From Kudoa neothunni (taxonomy: Eukaryota > Animalia > Cnidaria): a stretch of DNA of 64,000 nucleotides. Below are positions 52,141-64,000 of the stretch, piece after piece. The translations under genes were made by a program, and so were the position numbers. Each line of letters starts with the position of its first letter. Positions within the stretch are counted from its first letter, which is position 1. The notes beneath the pieces were generated by a model. It was not told where the DNA came from and did no database searches. It worked only from the letters and a program-made list of their open reading frames with translations. Where the stretch lies: assembly GCA_964304625.1 (NCBI GenBank), contig OZ199839.1, positions 1,314,221 to 1,378,220 of the forward strand, in the 5' to 3' direction.

Positions 52141-53155
52141 CATTGTTCTTTAAAATCTTGGGTTTTTATTGAAAACCTGTAAACATTGAATAATAACACA
52201 AATTTTATTATGTGCGACATTAATATTTATATTTATAATAACGTATCCTACTCAGATTATATCGTGCAGAGTTTAAACATTTACGATATTGAATGACGGT
52301 ATAACAGATTGTTTAACGTGGCACTATTGCACAATTGTTCAATTAACATCGTCGCACATTATTAGAAAATTTAACGTTATTTCAAAATATATCTTGAATT
52401 ATGAATTAATTCATTCATTCATTGTGAGTATATTGATCTACACTAGATATTATGTTTTAATGAGTGTTCGCAACAATAAATTACAATAATACGACGATAA
52501 ATTTAAATTTAATATCTGTAGACGTATTTGAAGACTCGGAAGATGATTAAAAACTTTAATAGCTATGATTCTACTTTTTGCTGTACTTAAGACTAGCGTT
52601 TTTCTCGACCTTGGGTTTTTTCTAAAATCCCGCTGGCAGCCCTGCTTCTCATATAAGATGATCTGTCGTCGTCTATCCTTGTGATCTCTTTAATTATTAT
52701 TCGCCCGCGAAATTACCGACAAATCGGAATAATCTATACGTATTAAAAATCTATTTATTCGTCTAATTTTATCTTAAATTTTTTGATTTTATATGAATAT
52801 TGAATATAAATTGAAAATGTAAACGCAAATCAAACATAATAGATAGGATATTGCATTGTAGACCTATGATCTCGTGTTTATGATATTTTAAAGTTAAAGC
52901 TTTTAATATTAAAGCTTTTATATTAATTTTTATGTTTTTGTATTCTTTTTTTTAGCAGTTGTGAGGCTTTTCGCTATTATATTGGTACTGGTAAGAAAAT
53001 ACAAAAGATAGTTATAGCCATATATTTTTGTAAGTTCTGTTTCGTGTTTGCTTCTATGAATTTATCTACGAGTAAAGGAGCACTATGAATCATTTTATTT
53101 AAGTATTTTTCCACGGATTATATCTAATCTTCTTAATAAACCATTTATTATAATT

Positions 53156-54150
53156 ACAGTAAGGAACCAATTTCACGTAACCCTCTCGGGATCAAGAAAA
53201 ATGTCCGCAAAATCGGCCACGTCCAATTTCACATACTTGTGTGCGCGATTATTTCAGAAAAAATTGACATTTAATGATTAAGTTGCGTTTAAAAGACCAA
53301 TTAACTATGTATTAATTTAAACAAATAATAATTAAGACTCGAGAAATGTACTAACAATAAAAAACTTTTTTCAACAATCTATGAAATACTCCCATTGTTT
53401 CTATTGGTAGAATAAGACGGATTCGTCTACATCTACAATGTGAATAAAATTTTTAGAGTGTATTTTAAAAAATATCCTGATTTTATTGGTCCACTCTGAA
53501 ATAGTGTAGCATCAGCAGATTAGCTAATAAAATTTGATTTTTTAATGTTGGACCTTTTTTAAAACAACGAAATCCTCAACGAATTAAACACCAAGATAAA
53601 CCTTTTTCTTTGACTAATTGATTTCTCTTGATGATTATCGTGACGACATTTACTACAATCTTTTTTTTTCGTGCCCACTCAATCCACTCATATTCATCTT
53701 CATCAACAGAATGAAACTTCCCGACGTGCAAATAATTTCTATTTTTAGATTCTATAAACATTTGGAAGTTTTTATTGTGTTATTTTTCAACTCTAGGATG
53801 TCATTAGGAGTCGAGATAATAGATATTTTAAAACGTGATACAGTGGCAATCTTTTGGTTATTAGATTCGAGAATTTTATAATAATAAGTAATATTGTACT
53901 TATTGGAAAAAGGTATCGTTATGGAGTTTTTCGGAATTAAATATTGATTTAATTTAATAACAAACAAGAAGTATCTGAAAAAAGAGAATGAAATTGGTCG
54001 ATCACGTGACTTTTAGTTACTTTATTTAACAGCTTTTTGAAATAATTTTTATACAAATTTTGATTGAAATATAAGAAACATATTATATAAACAATGATCA
54101 ATCAATATTCTAACTATATAGGTTTTTTAAAAGTGCGTGAAAGTCGTTAC
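53156..54150 (-). mobile_element. Old pogo/Tigger fragment
   Basis: TA|CAGTAAGGAACC end; CENP-B HTH-like GKFHSVDEDEYEWIEWARKKKIVVN. Confidence 0.45.
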
Positions 54151-54199
54151 CGCACAATGATAATATTGAAAAACTCAGCTGAATCGTTGGATTTACAAT

Positions 54200-54555
54200 A
54201 ACACAAATAATTAGTTACAGCTGTAACAAAGAACCGAATAATGTTGTTCGCACGCGTTTTCCCCGCATTTAGAGCGGACAGTCTTTGTTTTTTACGTGTT
54301 TCGAGTATAGGCAAAAATGGCATCTATTCTTGTTACCCCCTATCACACTTCGACGGTGTTCCAAGTAGAACATCAATTTTTTTGTTAATATACTTTTCAA
54401 AAATCTCATCATTCAAATTTTGTAAATATCGACGTCTTGTTCGGTTGTTGTATTTTTGTTGAAATTCATTATATTTATCTAAGTACACAATCATTGAGTT
54501 GTAGCCAGCAATGTCAAGGATATTGTAAAATATTGTGAGTGGCCATCTGAGAGTT
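54200..54555 (-). mobile_element. piggyBac transposase C-terminal fragment
   Basis: RWPLTIFYNILDIAGYNS followed by a decayed Cys-rich tail (C..NACEQH...C..C). Confidence 0.7.
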
Positions 54556-55139
54556 CACCTTCTTACATTTCCAAATCTTCTGGGTTTCCTGTAATCATTT
54601 AGATTGCACCATAAATGGAAAACATAATGCACAACTAATCGTTACACGAGGACGACAAAAGGTTAATCTGTTCCTGTTTTTAATCATTATTTTTGACAAA
54701 TATTTACAAACGCCCATAATTTGATTCATTATAAGATTTAATAATATAACTAAAATTACATAACACAGGAAAAAAAGAAATAATTCTTTCTTTAAAGTAC
54801 ACGGAAAGAAATAACTAAAAATTCTAATTTCTCATTTTATTTTAATTTTTTTAAATCAACATGGTAATATTCAGATTGGCTTATGTAGCAGATATTTTTT
54901 ATTTTAGAGTTTGAATTCGTTTTGACATATTAATTGTTTAATTATTCAACAGAGTCCATTGGACACTGTTGTGCATAAGAGGTTGTTTTTTATTTACACA
55001 AAAATAAAAAATCATAAACAAGTTACTAGATGATATAAATGAAAAAAAACTATAATAAACAAATTTGTGAGCAGCTGGGCAGATTTATATATTTCTGACT
55101 ATGTTGAGAATGCTGCAATTTGTGAGATAATCATGAACA

Positions 55140-56450
55140 GGGTCTATTGGACCCTGGGCGTACGTACAAGTGTTACGTGTGCATTATTCAAACACAGTTT
55201 AAAAATATAACAAGATAACATTTTATTTGCTAACTCTACAGCAAATTAGTGAAGGAGATATTGCCTCTTGCTTCTGTCGTTCTTTCTCCATTCGGGATAT
55301 CTTTCTTTCCATACAATGTATGGCTTCAATCAACTATGTGTATCATCTCCATGAAAATTTTCAGTGACTATGTACGAGATAGTCTAGCACGTGGACAAAA
55401 CTAAATCATTTTGTCAACATTTTTCACTCCTCTTTTGTTTTATTATAATAAAGTATAATCATTGGACGTTTTCTTGGACCAGTTTCTATTGACGAACCAT
55501 CGTGCAAAGTTAATAGAAGAACGACAGTATAGTTTTTTTTGGGACATACGAAACTAATTTTAGGTTACCACAGAAACCAAAAATGGAAGACTAGACTTTC
55601 GCTGTGAAGATTTTAAAAATTCCTTGAGAATATCAAGTTTATTGGATCGAATAATTCCTTTTGAGGTGATATTATTCTCTAGTAAATTTTTACGAGAGGG
55701 ACAGATGTGAAAACATTGTTAATAGTAACATCTCAGCCGGTTCTATAGACAGATGAAAAAAAGTTGTGTGACCACTCTTTGATCTTAACTTATTTGCCAT
55801 GTTCCATTTATTTTTCCAGTATAAGGCTGAATATTTGTCATATCTAAAGTTTTCAGATTCAGTGGCTACCTAAAATTTTATTCCGTAACGACCAGGTTAG
55901 CTTTTCATGTATACTCGAAAAGAACACCTATCTTTAAACAGACGAATCGTTCATCAACAGTAATACGAGTCCCCTGGAAAATAGTATTTAAGACAGTTTT
56001 CATTGAAAGGTTGGAATATCTTTCGAATGGACTCAAATTTACCGTTTTATTTTTTGAATGTTCAAATCTCGTGAGTTTATAATCAAAGTTATTTTTTTAT
56101 ATGATGGAGTTGGTTTTTCGACAACGCAGAGGAAAAAGAAATCGTTTAAAAAGTAGGTTTGTATCCTATATTTTTGAAAGAGACAGCGCCCGACCATCAC
56201 AATGTACTGCAATAATTAAAATACTTACGTCTCCTCCTCATATGTGATATATAGGATTTTCCATTTATGCTCGGCATTTTTGCAGCTAATCTCAACACCT
56301 TTGCGATTTAAATTTAGCGTATTCGTGTTTAGTCTATAAATTTGTGTAAATGTGTGGAAATCATGAACCAGAGAAAAAAACAAAAATATATTATATTTAT
56401 TCCACTAACACCAATAAAATTATTATTCCAGAATAACTTCACCTCTAGAA
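55140..56450 (-). mobile_element. Highly decayed piggyBac transposase
   Basis: ITVDE motif near 55950 and GVDK-like motif near 55415; many stops. Confidence 0.5.
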
Positions 56451-56559
56451 GACCTGGTGATATAACCCAACATTTCGCGATAGAAACTGTCACGATGTTG
56501 GGATGTGATTTCTTGAAAACACTCTCTTATATCGCATTTTTCAACTCGCTTTAGTTTTG

Positions 56560-57950
56560 ACATTGCCAGCGGTTAACTACATTTTTCCAAACAGAGAAAA
56601 CACATTCTTAATTGGATTCAGGAATGAACTACACGGAGGTGAATATCTTATCGTGAATATTTTTTAAAGGATTAATTCTTCTAGTCTCTTATAATGATGT
56701 ATTTTCGCATATTCCATAACGAAAACAGGTTTATCAATACCACTTGATACACAGTTGGATGTTAGGATGTCAGTTCCTGTAGACGAATTTTAAAATCCTC
56801 ACCTGAAACCGCTCGCTCGTGAATCTTACTATATATGATATCTTTTTTATTGATTTCAGCAACTATAGATATGTCTCTACTTCCATATTGCTGATCAGAC
56901 ATTATTACAGCAATTTCATTACATTCTGGGGCGTTGAATCTTCGTCAATGTTCTCCATCAGGACGTTTATCTGCATTAATACATATACAAAAATCAGCAG
57001 TAGGTTGAATTTCCAGGGCAAATTTTAATCTATCAACGTAGCTGTTATATAAATGCAGAACAGTTTGAATTTCAATGATAATTTGTGGATTTAGTCCAGA
57101 ATATATTCTTAACCTACTCTGTGCTTGCTCATTAAAATCTTCGATAAAATATAACTGTAAGAATTGGGGATGTTTATTCTGAGGGGAAACAAAGATCCAA
57201 TTCTGTGATAAATTTGGTCCTAAACTTTAAAGGTTGGCATAAACCCGTCTCCATTGATAATACTTGCTTCCAATGACGTCATCTGAAAAGCGCCATTGTA
57301 CTTTCTAATGTCTTTGAGGAAAGTTAGGCAGTAGCATTTTTCCACCAGAGCAGCACATACCTGCTATTTCTTTTGGCCATTTTTTTGCTTTACGTATGGC
57401 ACAAACAATATTCCTTTTTACGATCGTCACATTCTTGTCGCTTGTATAGTTGAATGTTGGATTGTATTCCAGATTAGCGTTGTGCCAGGTTAGATTAATG
57501 CTTGAAATATATTGTTCAATTGTATCATCCATATGGTGTACTTGTATTTGTTGCTCGTGGAGATTTTCCGATCTCATTTGGCGTTTAAGTGCCCTATCTC
57601 TTGATTCGACTGCTAACCCATTTTGTCTTTATAAACTGGTTTCATTCGATCTAAGGCGCAAATTTCTTAGCCTGTTTCGTTCTCTTCTTTGTTGAATTTG
57701 TTCTTCTGATTGTTGAGAAAATCGAATACGTTGACACAACGCATTTTTTTCTCTTCTTAGCAGTAATTGCTGCCTGGTTTGTTGGGAAAGTCGGACGTTT
57801 TGGCAAAAAGCATCTCGTTCTCTTATTTGCGTTGTTTCCTCTTCTGTTAATTGCAGACGTCGACTTCGCTAACGTGACACATTTTCTTCTCTTATACATT
57901 GCCTTTGCTCCTCCGTTTGTTGAGAACGCCTAACCCGTTGACTTACCATA
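56560..57950 (-). mobile_element. Helitron Rep/Hel N-terminal remnant
   Basis: KWPKE..GMCCSGGK, YNGAFQMTS, FMPTFKV..QIYHRIGSL and ADKRPDGEH.RRFNAP motifs. Confidence 0.8.
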
Positions 57951-57962
57951 CTTACCGTATAT

Positions 57963-60900
57963 CAGAGCTTCCCTATTCGTTTTGGGTTTGACGCCCCCTG
58001 CAACTGTATCGGCAATTTCCACGTCACTAATTTTAAGACTAGTTGAAATTCGGATTATAAATGATTAACGCGCACATATTTCCTTTAACCTCGATACATT
58101 TGTAGGCAATAGCACGAATATACATTTTTTAACTATTTAATGCGAAAAAAATACAATTGTAATTAATCAATTAAAAATTTAGTTATATTTTTGACTTTTT
58201 GTTTTTTGTTGGCAATTAAAACATCGAAACGAGGACTTTTGTTGTATAGTGCTATTCGTAAGTCATTTTCTAGTTTTAACGTGCTTCTACACTTGTTTTT
58301 TATGTATAAAGGGGAGGAAAACCCCGATTCACATAACCACGTATTGGCAAATGGAATTAAAACCTTCAGCGCTTTTTTCGCTAAATTGGGATAACTTTAA
58401 GGGCGTGACACCAGAAGTGCTCAAGTAAACTTGGCTCAAACAGCAGTTTCATTGATTGGCACGATCTCAATTTGATCAAATTTTATTTTTCGTCATTATT
58501 GTCCTCCATTTTTTCCATGCTGAATGCGAATGGATTGGCAACCCGGCTATCAGATTCCTTTAAATTGCCAGTAGAAAAATAGCCGTCAACAAAATCTTTC
58601 AATTCTTCCAAATGACCTTTTATTTCAATTTGAGAAATTTCGGAATTCACATTTTCATTTTTAATATTTTCCTCCAACAATCCATAAGGTTAGCTTTTCG
58701 CGAAATGCTCGTAACTTGTCAGAAGCACTTTAATATTTATATCTTTCCTTGAAGCGAATAATTTAATTCGTTCAAATGTTGAAAGATATCCGTGAGACAT
58801 GCCAGCATTATTGAGAAATTTTGGAACTTGAAAACATTAGCAAGATCCGACTTTGATCCAATAAAAAATGCTCGATTTCATATTTTAAGTCAAAAAACCG
58901 ACTTAAAACACGTCCTCGAGGCAACCATCTTACTTCTGTGTGCTAGATAAGAACAAAAGCTTCATCGTTAATTTCATTGCAAAACGCTTTAAAAAGTCTG
59001 TGATTTAAAGCTCTTTTGCGTATGACATTTATTATTTTGAAACAATAATCCATTGTTGGTTTTAGATCAATCGGCAAAGTTTTTGATATCATAGCTTGGC
59101 GATGCAAAATACAATGAGTGATTATCACTTCCGGAATATGACATTTTATATGAGTAACAACCCCCGATTTATTTCCTAACATGATGGATGCCCCATCGAT
59201 ACAAATAGATCCAATAGTTGTGATTGGAATTCCGTTGGCGTCAAAAAGGTCTTTAACTATTTCGAAAATAATTACTGCAGTTGTTGTTGAATTCAACGCC
59301 TTTCAAAATATAAAGTCTTCCTCAATAGAAGTAGACTTCGCATATCTTACGAAAGCGATGAGCTGACTACAATTATCTACATCCGTTGACTCATCCAACT
59401 GAAGTGAAATTTGCATTGGAGATGCTTTGATATCCGAAATTATTTGACCAAGAATATCAGCACTTGTCTCATCAATCTCATTTCGGATAACATTGTTGTA
59501 TAATGGTATTCCTTTGAGTTTTTGTGCTGCTTCAAAATTGCATAGTTTTATCAACGTCTCTGCAATATTGTGGGGGTTTTTCGCTTTTGCTACTTCACAA
59601 GCTATTTTGAATGAAACGAGAATCAAGGATTTATCTAGGAAAATGAACCCTAATTTGGAAGTATTCCCTTTAAGTCATAGCGCGCTTTTTTCACTTTTAA
59701 TAACTGGATATCGTTTCTTATATATGTTTTACCACCATGTTTGTTCTCAAAATGTTAAAGCAACTTTGATGACTTAAAGTGAAATTTGAATAAACGACAT
59801 TACAAAGAACGCACAGTGGTTTTTCAACATCATTGTCGAGTTTTTTAGTAAAACCGTATTTGGCGTATCCATCCTTCCATCTCCTAACTTTTTGGTGGCG
59901 TTTCATATCGAAATAAACGTTAGGATTAAAAATGGGTAGGGATAGAATTAGTATTTATCCTTCATTTGAAAATATGTTTACATTAAATATTTTCTTCTTG
60001 AATCGGTTACCTCATCTACGATTTAAAGAAGTGTACAAATTATCAAAAGTTAGTTCACAATCTATTACAATTTAATTAACATTGATAACTCCATTAGTTA
60101 TTTTGGGTTTTATTGTGGGATTTGTTTGTTATTTGTTTATTTGTGGGTGACAATATTCAGCTAACGAGACTTCAGTAGTAAATTTTTCATATCATTGAAT
60201 TTTACACAAAAGCATGCAAATCTTGCAAGATTTGGGAATTTTATTCTCTAATTGACAGTTTAATGATGAAGATTGTGGCATCTAAAGAACATCTTCATTA
60301 ATCAAACTTTTCTTTTTTTCATATTAGTTTTTTAAAGAAAGAAATTATGGACTCTAAATTAGCACCACAAAAGTCACTTCTAAATTTATAGATTGTAACA
60401 AAAAGGGATTTGGAGCACGTGTTATCTCCATTATGTTCGTTCTTACTTCGAAGTTTTGTTTCTTTTTCTTACGATCCAATTTATTTATGTTGAATGTTCT
60501 AGTATAATTTTTTTGATTAGTCACATGCTTAAATGAACTATCAGAACTCATAATTTGAAAATATCCCATATTATGAAGAAAATGCCTTTTTTAATATTCA
60601 TATTTAATTAAATATCGTTTGTAAGTTGTTTTATTAAGTATAAACATTGTTTTAGTCTATAAATATTTTTGGGGTGTTTTGTTCAAACATAAAAAAATTA
60701 CACATATTTTTCCTAACAAATTTGTACAATTATTTTTTAAAAATTATGTGATTAACTATTTTTATGCCTATTAATTTTATGCATGTTGGGAACAAAATGA
60801 AACTACATTTTCTGAACTTTTTAGATTTGATTTTGTGGGTAATAATTCCAAAATAAACAAAAATGCTATACATTGTACTTATTGGTATTACGTGTATATA

Positions 60901-61669
60901 AACAATATATTTTTAATTGTTTTATTGCGTTAGTTTTTATCATGAATTGAATTGGGGTTAATTTCTCTATTCACCCGAAATTTCAAAAAAATTATTTTGG
61001 GTTAAAATGTATAATGTTACACAAGTACCTCAATCACCATAAGTTTAAAAACTTGTTAATTCTACCACAGTATTCTTAATATTATTTGATAAGATTTTGT
61101 TTAAATTACAAAAATAAAAACCTTTTAAGATCACAATGAATAATTAATTTAAGAATGTATCATCAACCCAATATTAACGATTTCAAAATATGGTATCTCA
61201 ACATATAAATAAAATAATTTAAACTGAATTTAATATTGTTGTAATACGATTTTTTATTTTACTAGTAAATAAACATTAATCAAAAAATGGTTAACGCAGC
61301 GTGATTAAGAGAGATGTGGTCGACACATTTTGACTGTCATAATTAAGATTAGAGCCCAACCGACTTACTTCGATCTGACATAATGTATATGTTGGGATAT
61401 TGATTTTAATTGCTTAATTTTAGATTTTAAGAAATTTTTTAATTTATAAAATTATTGGCGAAAATTGGGTGTTATGTTTCGTTCACATAAAGATTCTTTT
61501 TACGTAGCATCTTCTTTAACATTTCTGATACCAAACATTTCATTACTTTAATATTTTGTAATTATAATCGCTTAAATGATCTAGGTACATCGAAACTCGT
61601 TATCCGCACCCCATAGAATCGTTTCTCGCACCCTCTAGGGGTGCCGGCACCTCCAATAGGGAAGCCCTG
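57963..61669 (-). mobile_element. hAT Buster-family (ZBED5/SCAND3/FAM200-like) transposon, degenerate
   Basis: TIRs CAGAGCTTCCCTATT / CAGGGCTTCCCTATT. ORF fragments with Y..YGF..KPLCVLC, LQLDESTD..SQLIAFVRY, CIDGA..M.G, THCILHRQ, HTEVRWL. TSD only partly matching. Confidence 0.85.
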
Positions 61670-61692
61670 ATATATATATATATATATATATA
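61670..61692. repeat. (TA)n microsatellite
   Basis: Read directly from the sequence. Confidence 0.9.
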
Positions 61693-61698
61693 GTTAGA

Positions 61699-62479
61699 CT
61701 AGCGCAAAAGCCCCGCTTTACGGGGTCTTCCTTGTCCGGCCAAGCAGATTAAAGCCTTGAGTAGGCCAAGGGCATTTTATGTTCTAGGTAAATTATAATT
61801 ATTTTATCGTTCTCTTAACGACAATGGTGACCGAAATAAACAGCAATAACACGACCATCTTCATTTTCTTCTTTATTGGATTTTATTTTCATTTGAAATC
61901 ATAAGTTCTTACATCTCGTGTGGCGTTTTAATCGTTTTAACCAACCCTTCGATGAATTAACTAATCTAAAAATTTGTTTACATTGTTACATTTAATTACA
62001 ATGCGATAAAATCATTTTATGTTTATTTAAAAAATATTAAAACTTCTTACCTTTAATTAAACATGCAAAGTAAATAATTTATTCACGTGTATTAATCTTA
62101 CGTTAAAAGAACAAATCTACGTTTACAACGAGCCCCCGCCTTCGCACGAACAAATGTTGTAAATCGTCTTAAGTACGTTCAAACGTAGAAAAGAACAAAC
62201 TTTCAAAGTTTCAGCTGTATTGATACATGCAGTAAATTAGAATTATCTACGCATATCACTGAAACCATTAGGAAATCACGTACTGTGGTAATCTTATTAT
62301 TGTCAGCTCTAGTCTGTTTACAAAAAGTTTACACTACAAATTCACCACTTTTTAAGAAAGAAGACAACCCCGTTATATTTTTTTAGTTAATTTTATAATT
62401 TTTAAAGTACAGAAATAATCTCAAATATTAATTAAAGTCTCTGTATGAGGAGAAGATTAGTGCACACACACGGATACTA
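61699..62479 (-). mobile_element. Non-autonomous Helitron interrupted near its 5' end by a pogo element
   Basis: Minus-strand 3' hairpin CCCCGTAAAGCGGGG then CTAG|T. CACACACGG motif shared with the 5' region of the 33719 Helitron. Confidence 0.7.
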
Positions 62480-64000
62480 CAGTCGAGATTCGATATTGCG
62501 TAATTTTTGGGACCAAGGAAAAACTACGCAATAAAAAGGTTTTACGCAATATCGAGCCATTCACATGCGCATTTGTAAAAATATTCGATTTAAACTTGTT
62601 TTGTGCGTTTGTCCTACTTTAAATCATTGCTAGTGAAAGAAAATAAATATAAGGAATTTTATTTAAATCAACCAGACAAAATTATTAATTTTTATGAAAA
62701 AATGAAGTAATTTTAGTTTGGTGCCATCTTTGAGATGATATTTTTAAAATTCAATCCATTATCGGATAAAGATCGATGAGTCCAGATGGATCTTCCTGAA
62801 TAAACATCTTCCTTAATGTACTTACGACATGCTTTATATCTTTTATTGGAACTTTTGGTTCTTCTTCATTAGATTCGATTTCATTCTGAATTGGATTCAC
62901 TGTTGATATAAGACGTCGCCGTTATCATCATCAAAGTTGGTCTCCCATGTTTCCTCCTCGACTATAAAAATATTAAAATTTTATTGTATATTTATACTCT
63001 GTTCATCTTCGAAAATATTATCATTTGTTTCCGTCTCTGTATCTTCTATGATAATGGATTAATTTTTGAAGTTCGCATTAGCTTTTACTTTCGCTAAATA
63101 TACCCGACTTTTTAAAATAGTTGACAATAATTTCAGGTGGAATACTGTTCCATGCTTCTTGGAGTGTCAAAATTGCATTAAGTAATGTAAATTTATTATT
63201 TAACGAATCATCACATAATGCCATATGGCTACACAATATTTGTTTATATCTACTTTTAAGACAATTAATCACTCCGAGATCGAGTGGCTGTAAAACACTT
63301 GTAGTATTTTTCGTTGTTCTGACTCCATTTTAAAATTTAATTTTTTTCAGTATCTGGAAAAAAATAGCAGATGTCATCCAAGAATTTTGTTGGGCATAAT
63401 ACTCATAAGGTAAATTTTTTACCCCCTTGAAGCACCTGGGGTTTTGGTATTTCCCAATTACGACTAAGGACAACTTTTCTCCGCTTAAAGAGCACGATAC
63501 CAGGATCGTTATTCTTTTTTTCGATAGCTTTTTACCTTTAATGTCATTTTCTTCTTTTAATAAATAACTACTGTTCTGTAATTTCTCATCAAACAAACCA
63601 GTTTCGTCAATATTGATTATATTTTTTGGGCTGTATATGCTTATCAAATTTTTATTTTCATAGATCCACGAATCAATAGACGCGACGTTAGCGCTCGCAG
63701 CTTCACCATGAAAATGATTCCAAACCTTTTTTTAAACCCTGCTAGCCAACCCCTGCTTGCTTTAAAATTTTGAACTTTATTCTTTCTGGCAATTATGGTG
63801 GCCATTTCAAGTATTACGTCACCAGAAATAATGTGACCATTGGTGCGTTTTTTGATAGAACATCCGTAAACTCCTTCGTCTATGTTGATAAATCTTCCAT
63901 TTGAATGCCTCTTCCTATTTCCTGCAACATCTGAATTTTTCAGCTTGGTTTCATGAGAAAGAATTCTGTCAAGCGTTGAATGTTCTTTAAAAAATAAATT
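62480..64000 (-). mobile_element. pogo/Tigger transposon (CENP-B HTH + DDE_1), running off the window
   Basis: TA|CAGTCGAG TIR; NIDETGLF, KKRIT, NPRCFK, NSWMT, TTSVLQPLDLGVI and ASRGWL motifs; internally deleted or frameshifted. Confidence 0.88.

Noticed and set aside
52633-52644. CTGGCAGCCCTG, a hAT-like terminus
   Set aside because: No partner TIR or TSD was identified; too short to call.

Overview
AT-rich eukaryotic (probably animal) genomic DNA with very short GT-AG introns (mostly about 40-60 nt) and a heavy load of DNA transposons. This profile is compatible with a reduced parasite such as a myxozoan, but that is inference only. Two interleaved minus-strand tandem gene families dominate. 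(1) A recognisable importin-5/Kap121 (karyopherin beta-3) gene at 45756-51502 has three strongly diverged DNA-level duplicates (16732-19947, 25281-28898, 36587-39819). The duplicates keep the five intron positions, share a ~130-aa C-terminal deletion, and have largely lost the acidic cargo-binding residues. (2) Three copies of a secreted five-module Kunitz/BPTI-like gene (5341-6846, 11939-13461, 21298-22859) have one module per phase-1 exon; only module 2 keeps all six Cys, and the tails differ. A ~2.3-kb block is almost perfectly duplicated between the first two copies. The rest is nested Mutator, hAT, piggyBac, pogo/Tigger, IS630-Tc1 and Helitron elements, several with identifiable TIRs and TSDs. 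The importin-5 frame is interrupted by eight +1 single-base insertions, probably long-read consensus error, though recoding is not excluded. No rRNA, tRNA or CRISPR array was seen.
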